Positions 9,853 to 19,012 of a stretch of DNA of 64,000 bases are shown here, piece by piece (position 1 is the first letter of the stretch; the number at the start of each line of letters is the position of its first letter). The translations under genes and the position numbers were made by a program. The notes beneath the pieces were generated by a model, which saw only the letters and a program-made list of their open reading frames with translations, was not told the DNA's origin and did not search any database. This DNA is from Acidobacteriota bacterium (GTDB taxonomy: Bacteria > Acidobacteriota > UBA6911 > RPQK01 > JAJDTT01). The DNA is taken from the NCBI GenBank assembly GCA_965217775.1, contig CBDCJH010000002.1:384001-448000 (forward strand), read 5' to 3'.

Positions 9853-10974
9853 ATGTCGGGTTTGCGAGTATCCGTCTGGTGGTTGGCTTTGGGGCTTCAG
9901 GTGGCAACCGTCGCCGGGCGGGACGCGGGGGAGTGGCCGCAGTTCCGGGGGGACCCCTCCCTGACCGGGGTTTCCGGCGCCCGGTTGCCGTCGTCTCCGA
10001 AACTCGCTTGGACTCATGACGCGGGCGATCCCATCGAGTCTTCGGCCGCCGTCGGCGGAGGGCGCGTCTTCGTCGGTTCGGCCGGAGGCGAGCTGCAGGC
10101 CGTCGACCTGGAATCAGGCGCGCTTGTCTGGAGGTACGAGGCGGAGGACGCCATCGGAGAGTCCTCGCCTGCGGTTTCCGGCGGCGGTGTTTACGTTGCC
10201 GATCTGGCGGGAGTTCTCCACGCCGTGTCCGAGGCCGACGGATCGAAGCGCTGGACCTTTCAGACCGACGGTGAAGTGAAGTCTTCGCCTGTCGTGGTGG
10301 AGGACTCGGTCCTGGTGGGTTCCTACGACGGGTACCTCTATTGCCTCTCCGCCGCTGGGGGAGACGTTCGCTGGAAGCAGGAGACGGACGGACCGGTCCA
10401 CTGTACTCCTGGAGTTCTCGGTGGGATCGCCTATGTTTCAGGGTGTGACGGCATGTTGCGCGGGATCCGGGTCTCCGACGGAGAGCAGGTGGTCACGGTG
10501 GATGTGGGCGCCTACACCGGGGCCTCCCCGTCCCTGGAAGGGGACCGGGCCGTCTTCGGCACCTTCGACAACCAGGTGCTGGCCGTGGGGCTGAAGTCCG
10601 GCGCCGTTCTCTGGCGCTACCAGCCCGCGGAACGCGCTTCTCCGTTCTACTCGTCCGCGGCCCAGATCGGAGGAAGAGTCGTGTTGGGGGGGCGGGACAA
10701 ATTGGTCCATTGCCTGGATGCGTCCACGGGAAAGGCGTTGTGGACCCATGCCACTCGGGCTCGAGTCGATTCCTCTCCGGCCATTGCCGATGGACGGGTC
10801 TGGGTCGGCTCCTATGACGGCCGGCTCTACTCGTTGGACCTCCAAACGGGAAAGCAGTTGTGGGAGTTTCGAACGGGCGGAAGGATTTCCGCTTCACCGG
10901 CGGTGGCCGCCGGCCGGATCATCGTCGGGTCCCAGGACGGGCTGCTCTACTGTTTCGGCGCCGGTCCGCGGTAA
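9853..10974 (+). CDS. Secreted PQQ-like beta-propeller repeat protein (BamB-like)
   Basis: Signal peptide, WPQFRG, and repeated SSPAV...GS.DG.L...D..TG..LW units. Confidence 0.85.
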   Translation: MSGLRVSVWWLALGLQVATVAGRDAGEWPQFRGDPSLTGVSGARLPSSPKLAWTHDAGDPIESSAAVGGGRVFVGSAGGELQAVDLESGALVWRYEAEDAIGESSPAVSGGGVYVADLAGVLHAVSEADGSKRWTFQTDGEVKSSPVVVEDSVLVGSYDGYLYCLSAAGGDVRWKQETDGPVHCTPGVLGGIAYVSGCDGMLRGIRVSDGEQVVTVDVGAYTGASPSLEGDRAVFGTFDNQVLAVGLKSGAVLWRYQPAERASPFYSSAAQIGGRVVLGGRDKLVHCLDASTGKALWTHATRARVDSSPAIADGRVWVGSYDGRLYSLDLQTGKQLWEFRTGGRISASPAVAAGRIIVGSQDGLLYCFGAGPR

Positions 10975-11010
10975 TTCCCGGCGCGAGGCCGGGAGCGATC
11001 CCCGGCTCCC

Positions 11011-12276
11011 TCACTTCATGATCCAGCGCCGGGACTTCATCTCGAAGCGGGGTAGAGTCCCCGGCGGCACCGGCGAGACGGGAATTCTCAGCGAGAAGGC
11101 GGCGTGAAGCTCCTGCTCCAGTTGACGCGCCCCCCCTTCGCCCAGGCTCGACTCGATCCGGATCTTCATTTCCCTGAGCACGCCCGAGTCGTGGACCTCG
11201 ACCCGGTACTCGGAGATTTCCGGCCGTCTCCGGATCACCTCCTCCACCGCGGCCGGGAAGAGGTTCACCCCCCGGATCACCACCATGTCGTCGACCCTCC
11301 CCAGAATGCCTCCTTCCAGCGCCAGCTCGGAGCGGCCGCAGGCGCAGGGGGTCCGCGGGGACGGCTTCACCAGGTCCCCGGTTCGATAACGGAGAACCGG
11401 GGACCCGGCCCGGTCCAGCGTGGTCAGGATCAACTCCCCCGTCTCCCCCGGCGTCGCGGGACGCGAAGTGGCCGGATCTACCACCTCGGCCAGATAGGCG
11501 TCTTCCAGGACGTGCAGGACGCCCCGTCGGGAAGGGCACTCGTAGCTGACGGGTCCCACCTCGGTCATGCCGTGATGGTCGCGAAGACGGGCCCCCCAGG
11601 TGGCTTCCAGTCGGGAGCGGGTGGCCTCGATGCAGCCCCCCGGCTCTCCGGCGGTCAGGAGGATGCGGACCGCGGACTGCTCCAGCGAGAGGCCGTTTTC
11701 CGCGGCGACCTCGGCCAGGTGCAGGGCGTAAGTGGGCGTGGCGCAGAGGACGTCCACGCGGTTGTCCAGGATGGCCCGAAGGCGCCCCAGGCTGCTCTGG
11801 CCGCCGCCCGGCAGGCACAGGGCTCCCAGGGACTGCGCCGAGTCGAAGGCGGTCCAGAAGCCCAGGAAGGGCCCGAACGAGAAGGCGAAGAAGATCCGGT
11901 CCCCGGGCCGCACCCCCGACCTCCGGTAGACGGTCTTCCAGCAGTCCAGCATCTTCTCCCAGCTCGCGGCGGTGTCCAGCCAGCGCAACGGTTCCCCCCG
12001 GCTCCCGCTGGTCTGGTTGAATCGCGTGTAGCGATACACCGGGAAGCTGAGGTTGCGGCCGAAGGGAGGATTCCGGATCTGGTCCTCCAGGAGTTCCCGT
12101 TTCCCGGTGAACGGAACACGGCGGCGAAACTCACGGAGGCTCAGAGGCCTCCCCGGCGGCGGCTCGGGACCCAGCTTCTCCCGGTAGAACGGGTTCGAGT
12201 CCAGGACCGTTTCCAGCAGATGCTGCAGTTTGACCTGCTGCCGCTTCCGGATTTCTTCCGGGCCGGGTGCATTCAT
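11011..12276 (-). CDS. Phenylacetate-CoA ligase family (PaaK-like) adenylating enzyme
   Basis: TSGSRGEP, ATPTY, AGEPG, HHGMTEVG, RYRTGD and GRVDDM motifs. Likely start is MNAPGP at 12276. Confidence 0.85.
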   Translation of the reverse strand: MNAPGPEEIRKRQQVKLQHLLETVLDSNPFYREKLGPEPPPGRPLSLREFRRRVPFTGKRELLEDQIRNPPFGRNLSFPVYRYTRFNQTSGSRGEPLRWLDTAASWEKMLDCWKTVYRRSGVRPGDRIFFAFSFGPFLGFWTAFDSAQSLGALCLPGGGQSSLGRLRAILDNRVDVLCATPTYALHLAEVAAENGLSLEQSAVRILLTAGEPGGCIEATRSRLEATWGARLRDHHGMTEVGPVSYECPSRRGVLHVLEDAYLAEVVDPATSRPATPGETGELILTTLDRAGSPVLRYRTGDLVKPSPRTPCACGRSELALEGGILGRVDDMVVIRGVNLFPAAVEEVIRRRPEISEYRVEVHDSGVLREMKIRIESSLGEGGARQLEQELHAAFSLRIPVSPVPPGTLPRFEMKSRRWIMK

Positions 12277-12280
12277 GGAA

Positions 12281-12733
12281 CTAACGTCTCGCCAAGAGGT
12301 GGGAGGGAGCGGCTTCGATCCGGGAGGAGATCTCCGGGGGAATGGGGATGGAGGACATCCGGCCCGTCTCCTCGGAGACTCGGACGCAGACGACCTTGAG
12401 AGCGCCGGCCGCCACCACCTGGAGACCGTCCTGCGACTGTTTCCGAAAGGTGAAATCCAGGAGCAGGGATTTTTCCTCCTTGGCCCGCACCAGGAGGTGG
12501 ATTTCCACCACGTCCTCGAAGCGGAGGGGTTTCCGGTAGTCGCAGCGAGCGCTGAGCCGGGGCCAGCCCAGGGTCCCCCGGGGCCCGCTGAAGTGCCCCG
12601 CGAATCCCAGCGAGCGGTAGAAATCGTGCTCCGTCTCCTCCATGAAACGGAAGAAGTTGGCGAAGTGGACGATGCCGGCCATGTCCGTGTCCGCAAACTG
12701 AATCCGGCGGCTGGCCTTGAATTCGTATGCCAC
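12281..12733 (-). CDS. Acyl-CoA thioesterase (hotdog fold, 4HBT/YbgC family)
   Basis: FADTDMAGIVHFANFFRFME motif. Confidence 0.85.
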   Translation of the reverse strand: MAYEFKASRRIQFADTDMAGIVHFANFFRFMEETEHDFYRSLGFAGHFSGPRGTLGWPRLSARCDYRKPLRFEDVVEIHLLVRAKEEKSLLLDFTFRKQSQDGLQVVAAGALKVVCVRVSEETGRMSSIPIPPEISSRIEAAPSHLLARR

Positions 12734-12742
12734 TGGGCTCGA

Positions 12743-14056
12743 CTACCCGATCGCTGGTTCGGTTGCGGTTGCGGCCCGTCGGGTGGGCGGACGAAAGCCC
12801 TCCCCGGCCAGCGGATGACCATGTTTGAGGGGCGGCGGCAGCTCCACCAGCTCTTCGATGGCGCCGAAGAGATCGGCAAAATCCCGGAAGAGGTGGCCGA
12901 TGAGGCAGTCGGTGAGGTCGCCTCTCAGGTCCGCATGGCGGTTCAGGAGCCGCCTGAAGCTGAACTCCTGATCGTAGAAGGCGTAGACGAGGCGCCGCAT
13001 GGCCTCGATACCCCGGGTCAGTTCGCGCCCATACCGGTTGAAACGAGACGCCCCGACGTCCCCCGCCTTGAGAGCGTCGTCGATGGCGTCGGCGGCCATC
13101 TCGCCGCTCTTGAGCGCCAGGAACACGCCGGAGGAGAAGATGGGGTCCAGGAAGGCGAAGGCGTCTCCCACCAGCACCAGGCCCGAGGCGGCGCAGTAGC
13201 GCGAACGGTACGAGTAGTCCCCCGTCAACTTCACCGCACCCTCTTGGCGTCCCGGCGCCACGTGCTCCCGGATCCACGGATTGCATTGGATCTCCCGGTC
13301 GAACACGACCTGGAGGTCCCGGGACTCACGGAACAGGTAGCTCTTGTGGGCCACCACGCCGACGCTGACCTGGTCTTCCGGGAGCGGGATGTACCAGAAC
13401 CACCCCTTCTCCGGCAGGTAGGCGATGGTGGTGGCTCCTTCGTCCAGACCCGGGTCCCGGAGAGCTCCACGATAGTAGGTCCAGAGCGCCGCCCGGTTCA
13501 GGGCCCGGTCCCGAATCCTCCAACGATTGGAGGCGGCGGACAAGGCGGCTCGGCCCGTGGCGTCGACGGTCATGGGTGCCCGTACCCGGAACCTCTCTCC
13601 GGCACGGGTGACGGCCTCCACGCCCCGCACCGAACCCGCTTCCCGGATCAGACGGGTGACCGAAACCTCTTCCCGGACCGTTGCCCCTTGGGCCCGGGCA
13701 TTGTCCAGCAGGAGTTGATCGAACTCGCTGCGCAGGACCTGCCAGGTGGTGGAGGCTTCATGGTCCAGGTGCTGAAAAAAGTAGAAGGGTTGGGAAACCC
13801 GTCCCCCGGTGGAGACGAACTGAACGCTGTGTTTGAGGGGAAAGGCGGACGCCTTGAGCTGCTCGATCAGCCCCAGCCGCTCCAGGGTGAAGTAGCAATA
13901 GGGCATCAGCGATTCCCCCACCGAGTAGCGGGGAAACCGCTCTTTCTCCAGGACCAGCACCTTCCAGCCGGCCTGGGCCAGCAAGGCGGCGGTGGTGGCT
14001 CCGGCGGGTCCTCCCCCGGCCACCACCACGTCGTAATCTCGGACTGTCTCCGTCAT
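12743..14056 (-). CDS. Flavin-dependent halogenase-like oxidoreductase
   Basis: GGGPAG FAD-binding motif, FPRYSVGES, FPLKHS (candidate catalytic Lys), WFWYIP (WxWxIP) and GDAFAFLDPIFSSG. Confidence 0.8.
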   Translation of the reverse strand: MTETVRDYDVVVAGGGPAGATTAALLAQAGWKVLVLEKERFPRYSVGESLMPYCYFTLERLGLIEQLKASAFPLKHSVQFVSTGGRVSQPFYFFQHLDHEASTTWQVLRSEFDQLLLDNARAQGATVREEVSVTRLIREAGSVRGVEAVTRAGERFRVRAPMTVDATGRAALSAASNRWRIRDRALNRAALWTYYRGALRDPGLDEGATTIAYLPEKGWFWYIPLPEDQVSVGVVAHKSYLFRESRDLQVVFDREIQCNPWIREHVAPGRQEGAVKLTGDYSYRSRYCAASGLVLVGDAFAFLDPIFSSGVFLALKSGEMAADAIDDALKAGDVGASRFNRYGRELTRGIEAMRRLVYAFYDQEFSFRRLLNRHADLRGDLTDCLIGHLFRDFADLFGAIEELVELPPPLKHGHPLAGEGFRPPTRRAATATEPAIG

Positions 14057-15367
14057 TTAGGTGTATCGCGAATCCTGATGCTCCCGCAGGAAGAAGAGGG
14101 GCAGCAGCCGGTCCACCTGCAGAAGGCCCTCCCGGCTGAGTTCCAATCCTTCGGGGGAGGCCGTCATGAAACCCTCCTCGACCAGTTCGCCGATGGGACC
14201 CGCGAATCTCTCGAGAATGTCCACTTGGAACTTGTTCCGGAAGTATCCGGTCCGGACCCGGCCCAGCTTCAATTGCAGGATCAGCTCTCGAATCAGGCGC
14301 TCCTCTCCGGTCGGCGTCAGGGCGCGATGGAGGGGAAGCTCTCCTTGGCCGAGTCGTTGCAGGTAGGGCCCCATGTCGTGCTCGTTCTGGAAATGGGTGC
14401 CCCCGACGTGGGAAAAGGAGGCCACTCCCAGAGCCACCATGTCGGCTCCCGACCAGAGCTGGTCCCGGTAGAGGAATCGGCTCCGGTCAGGCGATCGGAC
14501 GGCCGTGTAGGCGCTGGCCACATGGTAGCCGTTCCGTTCCAATTCCTGGAAAGCCAAATTCACCCACCGGCGCTTGGTAGGCCAGTCGGCCACGGGGGCC
14601 CTTGTCCGGTCCTGCTCGCGCATTCGACGGTAGATCGTGGTGTTGAAGGGGATCTCCATCTGGTAGACGGTGATGCTGTCGGGTTGAAGTTGGAGGGTGT
14701 TCTCCACGCACCGGCGCCAGTTCTCCTCCGTCTCGTCCACCATCCCGGCGATGAGATCGATGTTGACCTGGGGGAAGTCCAGACGGCTGGCCCGTTCGTA
14801 GACGTCCCAGATTTCGCGGGAGCGGTGCGCCCGGCCGTTGATCTCCAGGACGTGGTCGTCGAAGTTCTCCACCCCCAGGCTGAGCCGGGTGACGCCGAGT
14901 TCGCGCAGAAGCTCCAGTTTCCCCGGGGTCAGCGTGCCCGGCTCGCATTCGAAGGTGATCTCGCGGGCGTGGTCCCAGGAAAAATGCTGCTTCAACTCCC
15001 CGACCAGGCCGGAGAGTTGCCGGGTGGAGAGGTAGGACGGAGTTCCGCCTCCGAAGTAGATGAAGTCCAGTTGCCGGCCGTCGACGAAGGGGCGGCGGGA
15101 GTAGATCTCCAGCTCCCGGACCAACGCGTCCAGATAGCCCAGGATCTCCCGCGAGCCCTTGCCCGTGTAGACCTTGAAGTAACAGAAATGGCAGCGCTTG
15201 CGGCAGAAGGGGATGTGGAGGTAGAGGCCCAGCGGCGTCTCCGGGTCGCTGGGGCGCTCCAGGGCCGCCAGGGCATCCTGCACGCCCTCCGGCTTCCAGA
15301 AGGAGAAGGGGGGGTAGTTGGCGATGAAGTAGTTGCTGGCGACGGTCTCCTTGTCGGACTGCATCAT
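14057..15367 (-). CDS. HemN-like radical SAM protein
   Basis: LYLHIPFCRKRCHFC, YFGGGTPS, RLSLGVE and NIDLIAG. Confidence 0.85.
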   Translation of the reverse strand: MMQSDKETVASNYFIANYPPFSFWKPEGVQDALAALERPSDPETPLGLYLHIPFCRKRCHFCYFKVYTGKGSREILGYLDALVRELEIYSRRPFVDGRQLDFIYFGGGTPSYLSTRQLSGLVGELKQHFSWDHAREITFECEPGTLTPGKLELLRELGVTRLSLGVENFDDHVLEINGRAHRSREIWDVYERASRLDFPQVNIDLIAGMVDETEENWRRCVENTLQLQPDSITVYQMEIPFNTTIYRRMREQDRTRAPVADWPTKRRWVNLAFQELERNGYHVASAYTAVRSPDRSRFLYRDQLWSGADMVALGVASFSHVGGTHFQNEHDMGPYLQRLGQGELPLHRALTPTGEERLIRELILQLKLGRVRTGYFRNKFQVDILERFAGPIGELVEEGFMTASPEGLELSREGLLQVDRLLPLFFLREHQDSRYT

Positions 15368-15484
15368 TAAAAACCGGCCGCGGTGGGACCGGATCGCCGG
15401 CCGCCGCGCGGGGTCATTCTATCAGACGGAATGCCGACGCCCCTCTCGACGCCGGGGGCCTTCTTCTCGCACCTGCAAAAACAC

Positions 15485-15631
15485 GTAGGGCGCCCCTTGT
15501 GGGTGCCCTCTTACGTCCCAACCTCGGTGGTCGGCGGGGAAGGGCGACCACACACAAGGGTCGCCCCTACGAACGAAAAGGCAGCGGGGTCACCGGGGGA
15601 TCACAAATTCCAGCCGTGCGGTCGCCCCTAC
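15485..15631. repeat. GTAG-type REP doublet (REPIN-like) plus a third half-unit
   Basis: GTAGGGCGCCCCTTGTGGGTGCCCT at 15485-15509, inverted partner ending ACAAGGGTCGCCCCTAC at 15570, and GGTCGCCCCTAC at 15620-15631. Near-identical units occur at 24635 and 25807. Confidence 0.75.
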
Positions 15632-15649
15632 GAAGGAAAAGGTAGGGGT

Positions 15650-18600
15650 CTACTCCGACCGGAGGGACTCGATGATGGGAGTGCGCGCGGCGGCGACGAC
15701 GGCGGCCAGCGAAGCCAGCAGGCCCACCAGAAGAACCAGACCGGCGAGAGCTCCGGTGGGCGCCAGGGAGGGGCCGAGGTCCCGGGCGAGGAGAACCGGG
15801 GCCACCGCAACCAGGGCCGACGAGACCCCCGTCACCAGGGCGAATCCCACCAGCAGCAGGTTCTCGGCCAGCACCATGGTTCCCAGGTGGCCCGGCCCGT
15901 AGCCGACGGCCCGCATCAAGGCCAGCTCTCTCCGGCGCTCCAGCACGTTGCGAAGCAGGATCACCGCGGTGCCCAGCGTTCCCAGCAGCAGGCCCAATGC
16001 GCCCAGGCTCTGGAAGGTGGACAGGTACGTATTCTCGACGCGGTGGAAGCTGGCCAGACGGTCCGCGGTGGAAGTGGAGTCGAACCCGTAGTCGGAGAGA
16101 CTCCGTTCCAGGCTCTGAACCCAATTCCCGTCCTCCCGGTCGGGGGTCTCGATCAGGAAGTAGCGGTAACCCTGCTGTTTCGGGAACAGCTTCAGGAAAT
16201 TCCGCTCGGAGATCACGATCTCGCCTTGCAGCACGCTGTCGGACAGGGCTGCAACCAGTTTCAACCGGACCGGCTCCCCTTCCGCCCGCTCCAGAATGAT
16301 CTCCTCCCCCAAGCCCGTGTGCAGCGAATACGCCATGGAGGTGGCGTCGGCGATGGCGGGAACCGCCGAGTCTTCGGAGTCCGCCTCCAGCAGGCGCCAC
16401 GGATTGCCCTGATCTTCGGAAGCCAGCGAGGAACTGAAGCTGAAGCGCCCCAGGTCCAGAAACGCGGACGGAGCGCCCAGGATTCTCGGGTTGGCCGGAC
16501 GATAGAGGTTTCGGCAACTGGCGTCGTCCCCCGGACGGAGCCGGAACGACCAGAAGCGGAGCTTTTCGGGGGAGGGCAGACGGTCCAGATTCAGGTCCCG
16601 CCTGCTCTCCGGGTCGTCGGGATCCTGGAAGAAGGGAATCGAAGACTCGGCCGCCAGGGAGAACCCGCCGGTTCCCGACCCGGGCGCCAGAGAGGGGGTC
16701 CCCTCTCGGCGAAAGACTCCCACCGTCACGATGATGAATGTGGCCAGCGCGATGAGGCCGATGGAGAGGAGGGATCGAGCCGGCCGGTAACTCAGGTTCC
16801 GGAGTCCGATTCGGCACAGGGCCGGGATCCCCCGCCCGTGGAATCGCAGAGTCCGGCCCGAGGTGAGGAGCCACCATTGGAACGCCAGCAGGGAGACGAG
16901 CAGCAGGGCTCCGGAGCCGAAGAATCCGGCCGTCTGTCCGATCCAGCCCAGGGTCGCCGCCAGCAGGAAGATCAGTCCGGCCGCTCCCAGCGCCAGAGCC
17001 GCCAGCAGGGACCGGCGGCCGGAGCCGGTGGCCAACGGTTCCTTCTCGCCCGCCAGCAGGAGCCGGGGAGGCGCCTTGCGGAGTCTTCGAAGAGTCAACA
17101 GGATGCAGAGGAAGGCGGCCGTCACCCCGGCGGCGGCTCCCAGAAGGAGGGTTCCCGGTTCCACCTGCAGGGTCAGCCGCGTGGTTCCCACCGCCGAGAT
17201 CCAGCGGGTTCGCAGGCCCCACATCATCAGCCAGCCGTAGGCAGCGGCTCCCGCCAGCCCCACCAGGCTCCCGGCGATGGCCAGAACCAGACCTTCGGCC
17301 GCGAAGATCCGCCGGATCAGAGGCTCCGAAATCCCCAGGGCCTTGAACAGACCGACCTGGCGGAGCCGTTGCTCCAGCCCCAGCTTGAAGAACAGGACGG
17401 TCAGGAGCAGGGCGGAGACGACCAGGAAGAAGCTGAAGTAGAGGAAGTACTCGCCGAAGTCGGTGCTCCCGCGGGAGGCCTCGATGCCGGTCTCTCTCAC
17501 CCGGTGCAGGGCGAACCCCATGTCCTCGGGGGTGAGGTTCGCCAGCAGGCTCTCCCGAAAGCGGTCCAGAGCCTCGTCCAGGGTGAGATCCTCCGGTTTT
17601 TCGAAGCGTAGCGAGGTGACGTCGCCGAACCGGGACCCCCACAGTTCCTGGGCGGTTTCAAGCGGGAGGAAGGCCTTGGGAGTGGTGCGGTAGCGTTCCC
17701 AGTAGTCTTCGTCCTGATGCCGGATGCGGGAGAGGTCGACGGGAAAGGGCGGGTCCCAATGGGAGATGGACTCGGTCTGGCTGATGCCCTCGAACTCGGG
17801 AATCAGGTCCCTGTCGGCTGCCGCACCGGAGAGGGGAATGACTCCGGCCACTCGGAAGTCCGCCGTTTGCGTCGAGAGTCCGTGGCGGTAGTCCCATAGA
17901 AAGTACTCCAGTTTCACCGGTGTCCCCGGTCCGATCTCCAGGTCCCGGGCGGTCCAGTCGTTGATCCAGAGCGGCGCCGGAGACCCCTCTCCTTGGAAAG
18001 CGGCAGCCGCCTCTCCCGAGAGTCGGGCCAGATGGTCCGATTCCAGCCCCGTGACCAGCGAATAGGGGACGTTCTTTTCGCCCTGGGCGATGGAATTGAC
18101 GACGTAGCTGAAGATGGACTGGGACTCCAGCTGCAGGGCGTCGCCCGCCCGCCGGGCCGCGGCCACCACGGGCTTGTCCAGCAGGCCTCCTTCATGCTCC
18201 AGGGAGAGACAGGAACAATGGTCCAGGGCCCGGATCCTGAGTCCGGCATCTTCCGGTGTGACAGTGTCCCGAAGCAGATCCCGGAGCCGGTTCCCATCAT
18301 CCTCGGACCGGTTCCGGCTTGCGGACAGGAGCAACGCGTTGACCCGCCCCTCCTGGTCCAGGGCCCGCTGAATCTCAGCCAGGGGCAAAAACAGGGTCCG
18401 AACCGCGGCGCCTCGTTGCAGGATCGAGAACTCTCCGAGGTTTTCCGGCTGCAGGACGCGGCTGCCCCGGACCCGCAGTGTGGTCCCCGAGGAGTCCCTC
18501 CGGCCATGAAGAGTCTCAGCCGGAGTCGCAGCCTGCTGCTGTAAAGTCACCAGCAGGCTGTCGCCCTCGTTCCAATCCAGCTCCCGGGCCAATTCCGGAC

Positions 18601-19012
18601 TGAGCAGAGCGCTGCGGCGGTCCAGGGGCTCGGGCGGCCGCCCGTGGAAAGCCCAGAAACGGGGGTCCACTCCGTAGATCTGGACGCGGGACGCCAATCG
18701 TTGGGTGCCGGCGTGAACCACCGCACCTTCCGCCACCATGATGGGACAGGCGCCGCCGAAAGCCTGGGAGAAGCCGGGATGGGACTGGACTCTTCGGACC
18801 AGATCTTCGGGGAAGGGCATGGAGGCGGTGACGACGGTGTGGGTACTGCCCAAGCGCTCCAGCACCAGTGCCCTGAGGCTGGAGCGGACCGAATCTCCCA
18901 CCAGGAGGGCGCCGGCCAGGGTGGCGACGCTCACGGCCACGCCGCCCACGATGGCCAGCTGGGTGGGCCAGTAGTGGACCAGGCTTCGTACGACGATCCG
19001 GCGGAGTCTCAT
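15650..19012 (-). CDS. Large FtsX/MacB-type ABC transporter permease
   Basis: About 1120 aa with two sets of TM segments and large periplasmic domains; ERRRELALMRAVG motif. Start overlaps the upstream stop (ATGA). Confidence 0.85.
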   Translation of the reverse strand: MRLRRIVVRSLVHYWPTQLAIVGGVAVSVATLAGALLVGDSVRSSLRALVLERLGSTHTVVTASMPFPEDLVRRVQSHPGFSQAFGGACPIMVAEGAVVHAGTQRLASRVQIYGVDPRFWAFHGRPPEPLDRRSALLSPELARELDWNEGDSLLVTLQQQAATPAETLHGRRDSSGTTLRVRGSRVLQPENLGEFSILQRGAAVRTLFLPLAEIQRALDQEGRVNALLLSASRNRSEDDGNRLRDLLRDTVTPEDAGLRIRALDHCSCLSLEHEGGLLDKPVVAAARRAGDALQLESQSIFSYVVNSIAQGEKNVPYSLVTGLESDHLARLSGEAAAAFQGEGSPAPLWINDWTARDLEIGPGTPVKLEYFLWDYRHGLSTQTADFRVAGVIPLSGAAADRDLIPEFEGISQTESISHWDPPFPVDLSRIRHQDEDYWERYRTTPKAFLPLETAQELWGSRFGDVTSLRFEKPEDLTLDEALDRFRESLLANLTPEDMGFALHRVRETGIEASRGSTDFGEYFLYFSFFLVVSALLLTVLFFKLGLEQRLRQVGLFKALGISEPLIRRIFAAEGLVLAIAGSLVGLAGAAAYGWLMMWGLRTRWISAVGTTRLTLQVEPGTLLLGAAAGVTAAFLCILLTLRRLRKAPPRLLLAGEKEPLATGSGRRSLLAALALGAAGLIFLLAATLGWIGQTAGFFGSGALLLVSLLAFQWWLLTSGRTLRFHGRGIPALCRIGLRNLSYRPARSLLSIGLIALATFIIVTVGVFRREGTPSLAPGSGTGGFSLAAESSIPFFQDPDDPESRRDLNLDRLPSPEKLRFWSFRLRPGDDASCRNLYRPANPRILGAPSAFLDLGRFSFSSSLASEDQGNPWRLLEADSEDSAVPAIADATSMAYSLHTGLGEEIILERAEGEPVRLKLVAALSDSVLQGEIVISERNFLKLFPKQQGYRYFLIETPDREDGNWVQSLERSLSDYGFDSTSTADRLASFHRVENTYLSTFQSLGALGLLLGTLGTAVILLRNVLERRRELALMRAVGYGPGHLGTMVLAENLLLVGFALVTGVSSALVAVAPVLLARDLGPSLAPTGALAGLVLLVGLLASLAAVVAAARTPIIESLRSE

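Noticed and set aside
12230-15370. 1046-aa plus-strand ORF and similar long ORFs (6512-8824, 15383-17611, the 5' extension of 41418-44276)
   Set aside because: These are antisense shadows of well-supported genes in high-GC DNA and have no recognisable motifs.
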